Positions 14,023-23,419 of a DNA stretch of 25,209 bases are shown here, one piece after another. The stretch is from Thermoproteota archaeon. GTDB lineage: Archaea > Thermoproteota > EX4484-205 > JAAOZP01. The translations under genes were made by a program, and so were the position numbers. The stretch's first letter is position 1. The number at the start of each line of letters is the position of its first letter. The stretch spans positions 3,349 to 28,557 of the forward strand of contig JAOAJQ010000001.1 of NCBI GenBank assembly GCA_026414125.1, written 5' to 3'. The notes beneath the pieces were generated by a model, which did no database searches, had not been told where the DNA came from, and saw only the letters and a list, made by a program, of their open reading frames with translations.

Positions 14023-16428
14023 ATGCAGAGTTTTGAAAAGCTTGGGGTATTCTACCTAGGTCGTCTTTACGATATTGAGAAGAAGTCTCCTTTGAATGAG
14101 TTGCTGCTTTACGACTCTAAGGATCTTGTTACACATGCAGTGTGCATCGGCATGACTGGGAGCGGGAAGACAGGATTATGCATTTCCCTTATCGAAGAGG
14201 CTGCGATTGACAGTGTCCCGGCTATTTTAATAGACCCTAAGGGGGATGTTGTGAACCTGCTTCTCACTTTTCCCGGGCTGCAGGGCCAGGATTTTCTGCC
14301 TTGGATAAATGAGGAGGACGCACTGAAAAAGGGGCTTTCTCCAGAAGAGTTTGCTGAGCAGCAGGCTGCTTTATGGAGGGAGGGATTGCAAAAATGGGGT
14401 CAGGATGGAAACCGTATTAAAAGGCTTCGTGATTCAGTTGAATTCCTAGTTTACACTCCTGGGAGCAATGCGGGGCTGCAGATTTCAATTCTGAAGTCTT
14501 TCGCAGCGCCTCCTCCCGAGATAATACAGGATGAGGAGCTTCTTCAAGAGAGGATAAACACGACGGTTACAAGCCTGCTTTCGCTTCTAGGGATAGAGGC
14601 TGACCCGATTAAATCAAGGGAGCATATTCTGCTGTCTAATATTCTTGCACAATGCTGGCGGAATGGTGAAGACCTAGATCTGGGACGCTTGATTCAACTC
14701 ATCCAGTCTCCGCCTTTGAAGCGTATCGGGGTTCTTGACCTAGAATCATTCTACCCGTCGAAAGACCGTTTCGAACTAGCCATGCGCCTGAATAATCTTC
14801 TCGCCGCGCCGGGCTTCAGCCTTTGGCTTGAAGGAGACCCGCTGGATGTAGGCCAGCTTCTTTACTCGCCGAGCGGTAAGCCGAGGGTAGCAATATTTTA
14901 CATTGCTCACTTGAATGATGCTCAACGAATGTTCTTCGTGTCTCTTCTCCTCAACCAGATAGTGGGGTGGGTGAGAACCCAGTCCGGCACCACGAGTTTA
15001 CGCGCCATACTTTACATCGACGAGGTCTTCGGGTTTCTTCCGCCTGTGGCTAATCCGCCTTCAAAACTCCCTCTCATAACCCTTCTGAAACAGGCTCGTG
15101 CTTTCGGGCTGGGCGTAGTGTTGGCGACGCAGAACCCGATAGACTTGGATTATAAGACGCTTTCGAATGCAGGCACATGGTTTCTCGGGCGGCTTCAGAC
15201 TGAACGGGACAAGGAACGGGTGTTAGACGGGCTCGAGGGCGCTGCGTTGGCAAGTCACAAACAGTTCAGCCGGCAGTATTTCGACAGGGTTCTGTCCGGC
15301 TTGGGGAATCGGATATTTCTTATGAATGATGTGCATGAAGACATGCCTGTGGTTTTCGAAACAAGATGGGCAATGTCCTACTTGCGGGGGCCTCTGACGA
15401 GGGAGCAGATCAAAGTACTGGCTGAGCCGATGAAAAAACAGCGTGGAAAATTAATCAGCCCACAGCCCACTCCTCATCCTGCAGTAGCCCCGTCTGCTCC
15501 AGCAGCATTAACAGCAACCGGTAAGAAACCCATCGTACCGCCTGGCATAAGAGAATATTATATGCCTTTTGAAAAAGAAACAGGAAAACGAGCAGAGCTG
15601 ACTTATCAACCTATGCTGATTGGGGCTGCACGTATTCAGTACTCGGTGCCGAAAGAGGGCATTTACATGACGTTGGAAAAAGCCTTCATCACTCCTATCA
15701 GCGAAAAACCAGTGCCTGTCAATTGGGACGAGGCTAAAGAAGTAGACGTGAAGGTCTCGGATCTTTTAGAAAAACCGCCGGAGGATTTGCCATATGCTGA
15801 TCTGCCTCCAGCTGCCATGAATGCGAAAAACTATGTTTACTGGGAGAAAGACTTTTCAAACTGGCTTTTAAGAACTCAGAAGCTCCAGCTTTTAAGAAGT
15901 CCTTCTCTCAACGAGTTGTCGAAACCAGGGGAAACCGAGCGTGACTTCAGGATTAGGCTTCAACAAATCGCAAGGGAAAAGCGTGACCAACAGATTGAAG
16001 AGCTTCGGAAGAAGTACACTACAGCCTTCGCCAGGCTAGATGAGCGGATAAGAAGGGCAAAAATGACTTTAGAGGAACAGCAGGCACAGGCTAAAAGCAG
16101 GGAATATGAGGCTGCAGTATCCTTGGGTGAAACCATTTTAGGCTCGATTCTTGGAAGAAGGTCAGGCACTCGTGCCACAAGGGCGACGAGAGAAATATCC
16201 CGTACTATGAAGGAGAGGAGGAATAAAGAACAAGCAGAGGAGAACCTGAAAGCCCTGCAACAGGAGCGGGAAAAACTTGAAGCCCAGTTCCAATCTGAGA
16301 TCAATTACATGGAAACAAAAATCAATCCTCTTGCTGAAACTTTCGAGAACGTATTATATGCGCCGAAAAAAACAAATATTCATGTTCAGCTAGTTACCCT
16401 AGTGTGGGTTCCTTCAAGCAGGGTTTAA
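14023..16428 (+). CDS. HerA/FtsK-superfamily (DUF87-like) ATPase with C-terminal coiled coil
   Basis: Walker A GMTGSGKT, LIDPKGD, Walker B LYIDE, LLKQARAFGLGVVLATQNP, Pro-rich linker and a long helical C-terminus. Confidence 0.85.
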   Translation: MQSFEKLGVFYLGRLYDIEKKSPLNELLLYDSKDLVTHAVCIGMTGSGKTGLCISLIEEAAIDSVPAILIDPKGDVVNLLLTFPGLQGQDFLPWINEEDALKKGLSPEEFAEQQAALWREGLQKWGQDGNRIKRLRDSVEFLVYTPGSNAGLQISILKSFAAPPPEIIQDEELLQERINTTVTSLLSLLGIEADPIKSREHILLSNILAQCWRNGEDLDLGRLIQLIQSPPLKRIGVLDLESFYPSKDRFELAMRLNNLLAAPGFSLWLEGDPLDVGQLLYSPSGKPRVAIFYIAHLNDAQRMFFVSLLLNQIVGWVRTQSGTTSLRAILYIDEVFGFLPPVANPPSKLPLITLLKQARAFGLGVVLATQNPIDLDYKTLSNAGTWFLGRLQTERDKERVLDGLEGAALASHKQFSRQYFDRVLSGLGNRIFLMNDVHEDMPVVFETRWAMSYLRGPLTREQIKVLAEPMKKQRGKLISPQPTPHPAVAPSAPAALTATGKKPIVPPGIREYYMPFEKETGKRAELTYQPMLIGAARIQYSVPKEGIYMTLEKAFITPISEKPVPVNWDEAKEVDVKVSDLLEKPPEDLPYADLPPAAMNAKNYVYWEKDFSNWLLRTQKLQLLRSPSLNELSKPGETERDFRIRLQQIAREKRDQQIEELRKKYTTAFARLDERIRRAKMTLEEQQAQAKSREYEAAVSLGETILGSILGRRSGTRATRATREISRTMKERRNKEQAEENLKALQQEREKLEAQFQSEINYMETKINPLAETFENVLYAPKKTNIHVQLVTLVWVPSSRV

Positions 16429-16581
16429 ATTCCTGAGTAGTGCATACGTCGAACAACCAGTTGAAATCTTTCAACACATCTAGAATCATTTCTACCCGTA
16501 CGCCAATTTTTGGGAAGCATCTTGCTCTGAACTCATTTCCAAGCTAAGATTTAAATGCCTGCTGAAGAGGGTTGCTTTAAA

Positions 16582-17412
16582 ATGAGACCCGAAGAAAACT
16601 TGAACCGCAGCTTATGGTTATATTTCTTAATTGCCTTTGCTTTCTCATGGTTGTTCTGGGTTCCTCAAGCTCTAATTTCAACCGGTTCACTACAAGCCCC
16701 CTCTGTTTTCACCGGGTTCCTATTCAGCCCTTTTAACCCAGCTGCTTTCGGCCCGTTCGTCTCAGCCTTCTTCCTCACTTATGCTTTTGAAGGAGGAAAA
16801 GGAGTAAAGAGTCTGCTGAAAAGAGGAGTTGACTACAGGTTTAGTAAAAAGTGGCTTATCCCAGTTTTCCTCCTTTTCCCAATCATGACCGGTAGTGCGC
16901 TTCTACTGGCAATAATTAGCGGCGAGGCTTTGCCTCAACTATCCGTTTTAGCTAACCCGTTATCTGTTGCTGTTGGCTTTGTATACATATTCTCTCTAGG
17001 AGGGCCGTTCCAAGAGGAGTGGGGATGGAGAGGATACGCCCTGGACAGGCTTCAGGCGAGATGGAACGCGCTCGTCTCAAGCCTAGTGCTTGGAGTCATA
17101 TGGGGAGCTTGGCACCTGCCCTTGTTCTTCATATCCGGATCGATTCAGTCTCAAACTCCAGTCTGGGGCTTCATGATCCTAATACTCTGCGGAACAATAC
17201 TATTCACTTGGGTGTACAACAATACTGGCGGCAGCATCTTAGCCATGATGCTATTGCACACAATGAACAACCTATCTTTCTTCATGTTTCCAACACTTGA
17301 GACTACGCTAGGCGGTCTTTATCTGTTAATTCTGAACATAGTCTTCGTGACAGGGGTAGTGGCAACATATGGTTATAAAAGGCTGGTTCGTGAAAACAAA
17401 AACCACGTATAA
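16582..17412 (+). CDS. CPBP (CAAX/Abi) family intramembrane metalloprotease
   Basis: EEWGWRGY, WGAWHLP and LLHTMNN motifs with multiple TM helices. ATG 16582 is preferred as start. Confidence 0.9.
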   Translation: MRPEENLNRSLWLYFLIAFAFSWLFWVPQALISTGSLQAPSVFTGFLFSPFNPAAFGPFVSAFFLTYAFEGGKGVKSLLKRGVDYRFSKKWLIPVFLLFPIMTGSALLLAIISGEALPQLSVLANPLSVAVGFVYIFSLGGPFQEEWGWRGYALDRLQARWNALVSSLVLGVIWGAWHLPLFFISGSIQSQTPVWGFMILILCGTILFTWVYNNTGGSILAMMLLHTMNNLSFFMFPTLETTLGGLYLLILNIVFVTGVVATYGYKRLVRENKNHV

Positions 17413-17619
17413 ATTTCAAAATTAAACAAGCATTTACACGTGTTTCTTACTATTCTTCTGCGCTGCTTAAAAAGCCTTTACGGCATGTGGATTGCAACAG
17501 TGCTTATGGAGACGTGAGCATTTTTTCACAGTCTAAGGCGGAAGAGTTTCGCATGCTTAAGGGTTTTTAAGCAACCGGGCTTGCGAACTCCTCAATATTT
17601 AACGTTTAGGAGAGAAACA

Positions 17620-18586
17620 ATGCCGGCGAAAACAGTCTTGCTGCTGTCTTTTCTCATAGTGGCTGCATTAGTAGTTGTTTCAAGTTTCGCCGGGAATAAC
17701 CAGTTCTTTTGAAGAAGCCTATTCTCAAGCAGCGCAATACTCAGAGTTCTCGCCTGTCTGGGGAAGGCCGACGCCATCCTACAGTATCGCCGGAGAACTG
17801 TTAGGAAGCTTGGGACGCGAATTTGTGGATAAAAACATACGTGGGAATGGAATGTTTCCATTGATCCATGTCTCGTTCATCGGGCCTAACGTTACGCTCA
17901 TAACCCCACCGGGCATGGAAAACGCTTCTCTAAGCAACCCTATGTGGAGGGAAGCCTATAAGCAGGCAGTCCTTGACGTTGTGAAGTCTTTAAGACCACT
18001 GTATCTTTCTATTGGTAATGAGGTTAATTCGGTGGTATGAGAAATAAGGTAGGGATGAAAAGAATCCTAATGGTTTTCAGCATTTCGTCAGTCTTTATGA
18101 AGAGATATATGACGCGGTAAAGAAGATCTCTCCTGAAACCAAGGTTTTCTGCACATTCGCTTGTGAAATAGTGTCTGAGAATGGGGAGGCGGATCTTAGT
18201 GTTCTACGAATGTTCAACCAGGGAAAAATGGATCTCCTCGTCTTCACAAGCTATCCTTACGCTGTTCAGGGAATAAGTAGGCCTTCTAATATTCCTGATG
18301 ACTATTACTCTGAAGCATTGGGCTACTTGCCGGGTAAACTATTCGGCTTTAGCGAACTAGGCTGGCCCTCAATAGATGTTTTTCGGCGGTGAACAAGCAC
18401 AAGCCAACTTCATAGTACAAGTTAGTGGGGCGTCTCACTAGGGAGCAGGGAATAAACTTACACCTGCTCGGTTGGGCGTGGTTGCACGATTTGAATGTGA
18501 ACGACTGCATCGGCCTCATAAAAAGAAACGGTGAGGAGAAGCCTGCTTACGAGACATGGAAAAATATTTCGGGATCAAGTAAGTAA
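17620..18586 (+). pseudogene. Degraded secreted clan GH-A glycoside hydrolase (GH53-like)
   Basis: Signal peptide from ATG 17620, acid/base motif LSIGNEVN, nucleophile motif FGFSELGW, and C-terminal KPAYETW. There are four frame switches (about 17680-17710, 18028, 18383, 18430) and an in-frame TAA at 18045-18047. Confidence 0.85.
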
Positions 18587-18631
18587 CGTGAGTCAAGATT
18601 TAAATAAAAGATTTAGATTCTAAATAAGAAG

Positions 18632-19597
18632 ATGATTAAAACAGCTTTATTTACAGTAACATACTGCGGCCTTTGGTATAAGGGGGATGCTCTATCTTTG
18701 AAAGAACAGATCGCGAAAGCGAAGGAACTGGGTTTCGACGGCATAACCGTAGAGACTAAAAGACCAGTGGCACTGCCCTGCGACCTAGACGAGTCTGCGA
18801 GAAAAGAAGTAGCGGAGCTGGCGTGCTCTCATGACATTAGGATAGCGGCTGTCGAAACTATGTCGAATTTTGTCAGCCCAATTATTGAGGAACGGGAGAA
18901 CAATCTCTGCATGGTGAAAGAATCCATAGGGCTTGCAGCAGACTTGAACACAAACATAGTGAAGGTTTTCGCAGCTTGGCCAGGCACCTCTAGGTATGAT
19001 GATCTAGGGACCTACGATTTTGGATACAGGCTTTTTGACTTTAAAAGCATGTTTGCAACGAGAGAGAAAATGTGGAGGTGGGCCGTGCAGGGAATTCGGG
19101 ATGCGGCTAAATGGGCAAGTGACTATGGGATCATAATCGCACTGCAAAATCATCCTCCAGTAATAAGGCTCGGGTATGAGGACGCGCTTCAAATGGTTAA
19201 GGAAACAAGTATGGATAATGTGAAACTATGTCTGGACGCTCCTCTTTTCACTAATCAGAGTAACGAGTATATTCGTGAGGCTGTTGAATCGTGCAAAGAG
19301 ATTGGGATAGTTCTCTCGCACTACAGCTCGTCCTCGTTCGACGAATCTCCTTCCGGCGAAATCATTATGAAGCGCAGCCAATTTATTGGAGACCAGTATA
19401 TTAACTACCCCGCGTTTATAAGGGAGCTTAAGAGAATAGGCTTCGACCGGTTTATTTCCTCAGAGGAATGCTCGCCTGTGCTGGAGAACCATGAGTATCA
19501 AGGGATCGACGCGGTGGATAGGCATGTTAAAGCAGCATTGAAATATATGAAGAAACTAATAACTGATGGTGTGGAGCCGAAGATAGTTAAGTGTTAA
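18632..19597 (+). CDS. Sugar phosphate isomerase/epimerase (xylose isomerase-like TIM barrel)
   Basis: AKELGFDGITVE, ALQNH, VKLCLD, LSHY, GFDRFISSEE. Confidence 0.85.
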   Translation: MIKTALFTVTYCGLWYKGDALSLKEQIAKAKELGFDGITVETKRPVALPCDLDESARKEVAELACSHDIRIAAVETMSNFVSPIIEERENNLCMVKESIGLAADLNTNIVKVFAAWPGTSRYDDLGTYDFGYRLFDFKSMFATREKMWRWAVQGIRDAAKWASDYGIIIALQNHPPVIRLGYEDALQMVKETSMDNVKLCLDAPLFTNQSNEYIREAVESCKEIGIVLSHYSSSSFDESPSGEIIMKRSQFIGDQYINYPAFIRELKRIGFDRFISSEECSPVLENHEYQGIDAVDRHVKAALKYMKKLITDGVEPKIVKC

Positions 19598-20174
19598 GGT
19601 AAATCGGCAAAACAGCATTTAGGAGAAAAACTATTCCAAACAGTATGAAGACTACTCCGCCTCCAAGCTTGACGAGTCGCAGGGGTATGAGCCTCAGAAG
19701 CTTACAGCCGATTAAGACTCCAAGCCCGGTTATGGCTGTGAAAGCTAATGCTACTCCAGCATAAACTAGGAGGGGTGTGCCATACTCTGCTGCAAGCATC
19801 ATAACCGCCAGCTGCGTCTTGTCTCCAAGCTCCATCAGGGCGACCATTGAGAAGACGGATAAAGCGACAGACTTTGAGCCAAACCTTTCAACCTGTTCCT
19901 CTTTTTTTCCAGCTGATAGAATAGTGTAAACGCCGAAAGCTAGGAATAGGATTGCTGACGCGAAGCGTATCATGGACAGAGGGATAATCATAGTAAAAGT
20001 TTCCCCGATGGCCACACCCAAACCTGAAACCAGCAGTAAAGCCAGAATCCCACCGATGAAGACGAGAAGAGCATTATGATGGGACGATAAGGTTATGACA
20101 GCAATCTGTGTCTTGTCTCCAAGCTCTGCAACTGCCACCAGCAGGAAGGAGGCTAAGAGCGGCGTTAAATCCAT
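19587..20174 (-). CDS. TMEM165/GDT1 (UPF0016) Mn2+/Ca2+ transporter
   Basis: Two copies of the ELGDKTQ signature with about six TM segments. Confidence 0.92.
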   Translation of the reverse strand: MDLTPLLASFLLVAVAELGDKTQIAVITLSSHHNALLVFIGGILALLLVSGLGVAIGETFTMIIPLSMIRFASAILFLAFGVYTILSAGKKEEQVERFGSKSVALSVFSMVALMELGDKTQLAVMMLAAEYGTPLLVYAGVALAFTAITGLGVLIGCKLLRLIPLRLVKLGGGVVFILFGIVFLLNAVLPIYLNT

Positions 20175-20259
20175 TAGTCCGGGAATAAATCACAACTATA
20201 TAAGCCTAAAGGTTTTCCAATCCAGCTGTGAAAGGCGAACGAAGCATCTTCCCATGGTC

Positions 20260-20535
20260 TTACTCCAGCCTTTTTATTATATGCCAGCCGAACTGTGTCT
20301 TAACAGGCTGGGAAACCTCGCCTTTTTTCAATGCGAATGCGACTGTTTCAAACTCGCGCACCATCTGCCCTCTTCCGAAGAACCCTAAGTCTCCACCTCT
20401 TTTTTTCGATGGACACAGAGATTTCTCAGCAGCCAGCCTAGAGAAGCTCGCTCCCTTCTTCAACTGTTCAAGAATCTCTTTAGCCTCCTGCTCGGTCTTA
20501 ACAAGAATATGAGCACAATGTATTTTATCAGCCAT
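20260..20535 (-). CDS. Parvulin-type peptidyl-prolyl cis-trans isomerase (single domain, 91 aa)
   Basis: CAHILVK, SLCPSKKRGGDLG.F.RGQMV.EFE..AF, KTQFGWHII. The start is reassigned to ATG 20535, which has a GGAG SD. Confidence 0.92.
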   Translation of the reverse strand: MADKIHCAHILVKTEQEAKEILEQLKKGASFSRLAAEKSLCPSKKRGGDLGFFGRGQMVREFETVAFALKKGEVSQPVKTQFGWHIIKRLE

Positions 20536-20753
20536 ACTCCCGTTACACTCCCTATTCTTATAAGCATTATCTCCCAGAGTTGAGAAGAACACGTTATTTG
20601 CATATGCTCGACATGTAAGTAAGGCTACGGGGTGAGATAAATGTTCACAGAGCTGGGATTCTATTCATGAAGACCATTTAGAGTGTAGGAGAGGAATTAA
20701 AATGGGGATTGGGGAGTAAAACTTTTTAACCGCCATTCTCTATCGATGAAGTG

Positions 20754-20845
20754 GCGGCGTTCGTCTAGTCTGGCCAGGACATCAGCCTGCCATCGCCTTT
20801 CGCGGCTGAGCGCTGGTAACCCGGGTTCAAATCCCGGACGCCGCA
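20754..20845 (+). tRNA. tRNA-Gly(GCC) with an 18-nt canonical intron at 37/38 (20793-20810)
   Basis: Acceptor GCGGCGT/ACGCCGC, anticodon stem TCAGC/GCTGG, loop CT-GCC-A^C, T arm CCGGG-TTCAAAT-CCCGG. TATA TTTTTAAC at about 20724. The mature tRNA is 74 nt. Confidence 0.95.
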
Positions 20846-20852
20846 TGTCCCG

Positions 20853-20872
20853 TTTTTCATTTTTCTGCTTTT
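20853..20872 (+). terminator. Oligo-T archaeal terminator after tRNA-Gly
   Basis: TTTTTCATTTTTCTGCTTTT begins 8 nt after the discriminator base. Confidence 0.55.
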
Positions 20873-20960
20873 AAACTAGAGGTGCTGGATAGTTTTATTT
20901 CGTGTAAATAAATATTAGTAATGCTTATTAACATGTTACTACAAGCAATAGTAGCTTAAA

Positions 20961-22199
20961 ATGAGATCGGTGGAAGACTCTTTAACACATCGAGATGCCG
21001 GCAGGTCTACCGTAGTCTTAGCAGTAGTATTTATGCTGATAGGGGTTTTGATAGGAGGGTTGATAAGCTATGCTTTCAGCAGTCTGTTTATCGTAAGCAG
21101 GATAGATGAGCTTCAAAACAGGCTTTCAAACCTTGAAAACCGCGTGTCCGCCTTACAGCCGATACAGAATTATTCAACCAACATAACCTATTTTTTAGGT
21201 GGGAACTTTTCTCTATCGCAGCTTTATGAAAACGTTAGGGACTCGATCGTCCTGATAACGGGTACCGTTGTAAAATACGATATTTTCTACCGTCCCTATT
21301 ACAGTAGGGTTCAGGGCTCAGGCTTCGTCTATAAGTTCAAGGATCAGTTTGTGATTGTGACGAATTATCATGTTGTATACAATGCGCGTGACATAACTGT
21401 AAGGTTTAGAAGCGGAAACACTTATCCTGCTGTTATCAAGGGTTCAGACGCTTATGCTGACCTAGCAGTTCTCACTGTGAACGCTTCCAGCGATGAATTC
21501 AAGCCGCTTAAAATCGTAAGCTCGTCGACACTAAGAGTCGGAGACCCCGTGGTGGCTATAGGGAATCCATATGGATTGGCAGGATCGATGAGTTCAGGTA
21601 TCGTGAGTGCTCTCGGTAGGACGATCTCTGAAGATATTACAGGAGGATATTCAATAGCGAACTGCATTCAGACAACTGCCCCAATAAACCCAGGCAACTC
21701 GGGAGGGCCTCTTCTAAATCTTAGAGGTGAGGTTGTTGGGATAACTACCGCTATAGTGAGCGACTCGCAGGGACTTGGCTTCGCTATCCCTTCTAACACG
21801 ATACTGCGAGAGATAGAATCTTTGGTCACGAAGGGGACTTATGATCAGCATCCTTGGCTTGGAGTAACCGGTGTTGATATGACGTACGACATAGCGTCAG
21901 CAATGGGTGTGAACGTGACGTATGGGTGGCTGATCGTGGGGGTTACGGCAAACGGGCCTGCTGCTAAAGCAGGCTTACAGGGCGGAAGCAGGCAGGTTAT
22001 GATCAAGGGAAACAGGGTTACCGTGGGTGGAGACATTGTGATAGGGGTGAACGGCACGAGGATTACAAGTGGAGACGACCTTCTATCCTTCCTAGAGGAA
22101 TACACGCTTCCAAACCAAACAATCATAGTGACGATAGTTAGAAACAATCAAATCATGGATATTCCAGTTACGCTTGGAGCAAGGCCCCCGCTAACATGA
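20961..22199 (+). CDS. Membrane-anchored HtrA/DegP-like trypsin serine protease with PDZ domain
   Basis: N-terminal TM plus coiled coil, TNYHVV (His), DLAVL (Asp), INPGNSGGPL (Ser), and C-terminal PDZ (GPAAKAGL...GDIVIGVNG). Confidence 0.92.
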   Translation: MRSVEDSLTHRDAGRSTVVLAVVFMLIGVLIGGLISYAFSSLFIVSRIDELQNRLSNLENRVSALQPIQNYSTNITYFLGGNFSLSQLYENVRDSIVLITGTVVKYDIFYRPYYSRVQGSGFVYKFKDQFVIVTNYHVVYNARDITVRFRSGNTYPAVIKGSDAYADLAVLTVNASSDEFKPLKIVSSSTLRVGDPVVAIGNPYGLAGSMSSGIVSALGRTISEDITGGYSIANCIQTTAPINPGNSGGPLLNLRGEVVGITTAIVSDSQGLGFAIPSNTILREIESLVTKGTYDQHPWLGVTGVDMTYDIASAMGVNVTYGWLIVGVTANGPAAKAGLQGGSRQVMIKGNRVTVGGDIVIGVNGTRITSGDDLLSFLEEYTLPNQTIIVTIVRNNQIMDIPVTLGARPPLT

Positions 22200-22318
22200 T
22201 TCAATGGCTTATTAAGCTGATTCTGCGACTCCCTTCTGCAAGGATTAACTGATCTTTCATGAGTCAGCGTAGCTACTGAAGAGAAACTAATGCCTTTAGG
22301 AAAGCGCTTGGGTCTGGT

Positions 22319-23419
22319 TTAGTGTAAGACTTCTTCATAAACTTCTTCTATCTTTTCGACTATTATGTCCCAATCGTATTTTCTCACTTCTCTGAACGCG
22401 TTCGAAGATATTCTCTCAGAAAGCTCTTTGTCTTCAAGCAGGGTTAAGATGCCTTTCGCCAAATCTTCTGTTCTGTTCTTTCGTGCTAATAAACCTGTTT
22501 CCATGTGCTTAACTATTTCACGTACCCCGCCTTGGGCCGTAGCCACTATTGGAGTCTTGGAGGCCATGGCCTCCAGCAGAACGATTCCAAAGGACTCGCC
22601 GAAGATGGAGGGCAGTACAAAGACGTTGGCCCTTTGATAAAGATTGACAAGCTCGCTCTTCCCCAAGCCTTCTCTTAGAAAAACATTATCTTGAAGACCT
22701 GTTGTTTTCACGGCTGCCCTTAAAATAGGGCTTAAATATCCGGAGCCTGCTATCGTCAGCTCCACGTCTCTCTTTTCATCCACAACTTGCTTAATGGCCT
22801 CTAGAAGAAGGTGTAAGCCCTTCCTATACACCAGCCTGCCGACAAAGAGCACGCTTTTCCCGTCAAACTTCTTAGTCTGCGGGACAAACTCTTCAACTTT
22901 CACCCCGTTAGGGATAATGGCTACTTCTTTATCTGTGAAATGAGATATGAAGATTGCTGCCGCCCTACTTACAGCTATTATCCTGTCAGCATTGTTAATG
23001 TATTGTTTAAACGGAAACAGCATAAAGGAAGAAGGTTTCCATAGGTAGTTGAAATCGTAAAGGAACTGTATGGAGTGGTTGGTCAGAACAGTCTTTATTC
23101 CAAGTCTTTTTCCTACAAGTAGGGAGAACAAGGAGATTGGAGAGAAAGCGTGGTGAGCATGTATAATGTCTGGCCTGTTTTCTCTGAGAGCTTTTTCCAA
23201 CTCGTCTATATTTGGGATATCCAGCGTCTGCGAGCTACGAAACAGGGATTTGATACGTAAGACGTTTAACCCATGGGTTTCATCGTTGAAATCTGCAGTT
23301 TTGGTTATTATGGTAACTTCATGTCCTCTATTCTTCAGCGTTCTCGCCAAGTTTTCTGCATGTGTCGTTATGCCGCCTGTTTTCGGATAAAAATAGTCGC
23401 TGCATAGGGCGATCTTCAA
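22319..23419 (-). CDS. Glycosyltransferase family 4 (GT-B)
   Basis: YPKTGGITTH, LFVGRLVYRKG, FVLPSIFGESFGIVLLEAMAS. Confidence 0.92.
   Translation of the reverse strand: MKIALCSDYFYPKTGGITTHAENLARTLKNRGHEVTIITKTADFNDETHGLNVLRIKSLFRSSQTLDIPNIDELEKALRENRPDIIHAHHAFSPISLFSLLVGKRLGIKTVLTNHSIQFLYDFNYLWKPSSFMLFPFKQYINNADRIIAVSRAAAIFISHFTDKEVAIIPNGVKVEEFVPQTKKFDGKSVLFVGRLVYRKGLHLLLEAIKQVVDEKRDVELTIAGSGYLSPILRAAVKTTGLQDNVFLREGLGKSELVNLYQRANVFVLPSIFGESFGIVLLEAMASKTPIVATAQGGVREIVKHMETGLLARKNRTEDLAKGILTLLEDKELSERISSNAFREVRKYDWDIIVEKIEEVYEEVLH

Noticed and set aside
20730-20757. Inverted repeat CCGCCATT/AAGTGGCGG overlapping the tRNA-Gly 5' end
   Set aside because: The left arm lies between the TATA box and the predicted TSS, so it is probably not transcribed.
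20783-20811. Alternative perfect helix CAGC/GCTG placing the tRNA-Gly intron at 33/34
   Set aside because: The product would lose the anticodon; only 37/38 yields a valid tRNA.
12458-20846. Orphan fragment and tRNA-Gly 3' end as an att pair (shared GGGTTCAAATCCC and CCGCAT)
   Set aside because: The central bases differ (ACCC versus GGACG), T-loop sequence is near-universal, and the order (fragment upstream of the intact tRNA) is opposite to that left by standard integration.
253-23390. Numerous short opposite-strand or alternate-frame ORFs nested in confident genes (for example 253-435, 2587-3306, 5418-6038, 6976-7563, 8421-9449, 9744-10832, 15960-16304, 21452-22147, 22365-23390)
   Set aside because: They fully overlap well-supported CDSs and show no motifs or start signals.
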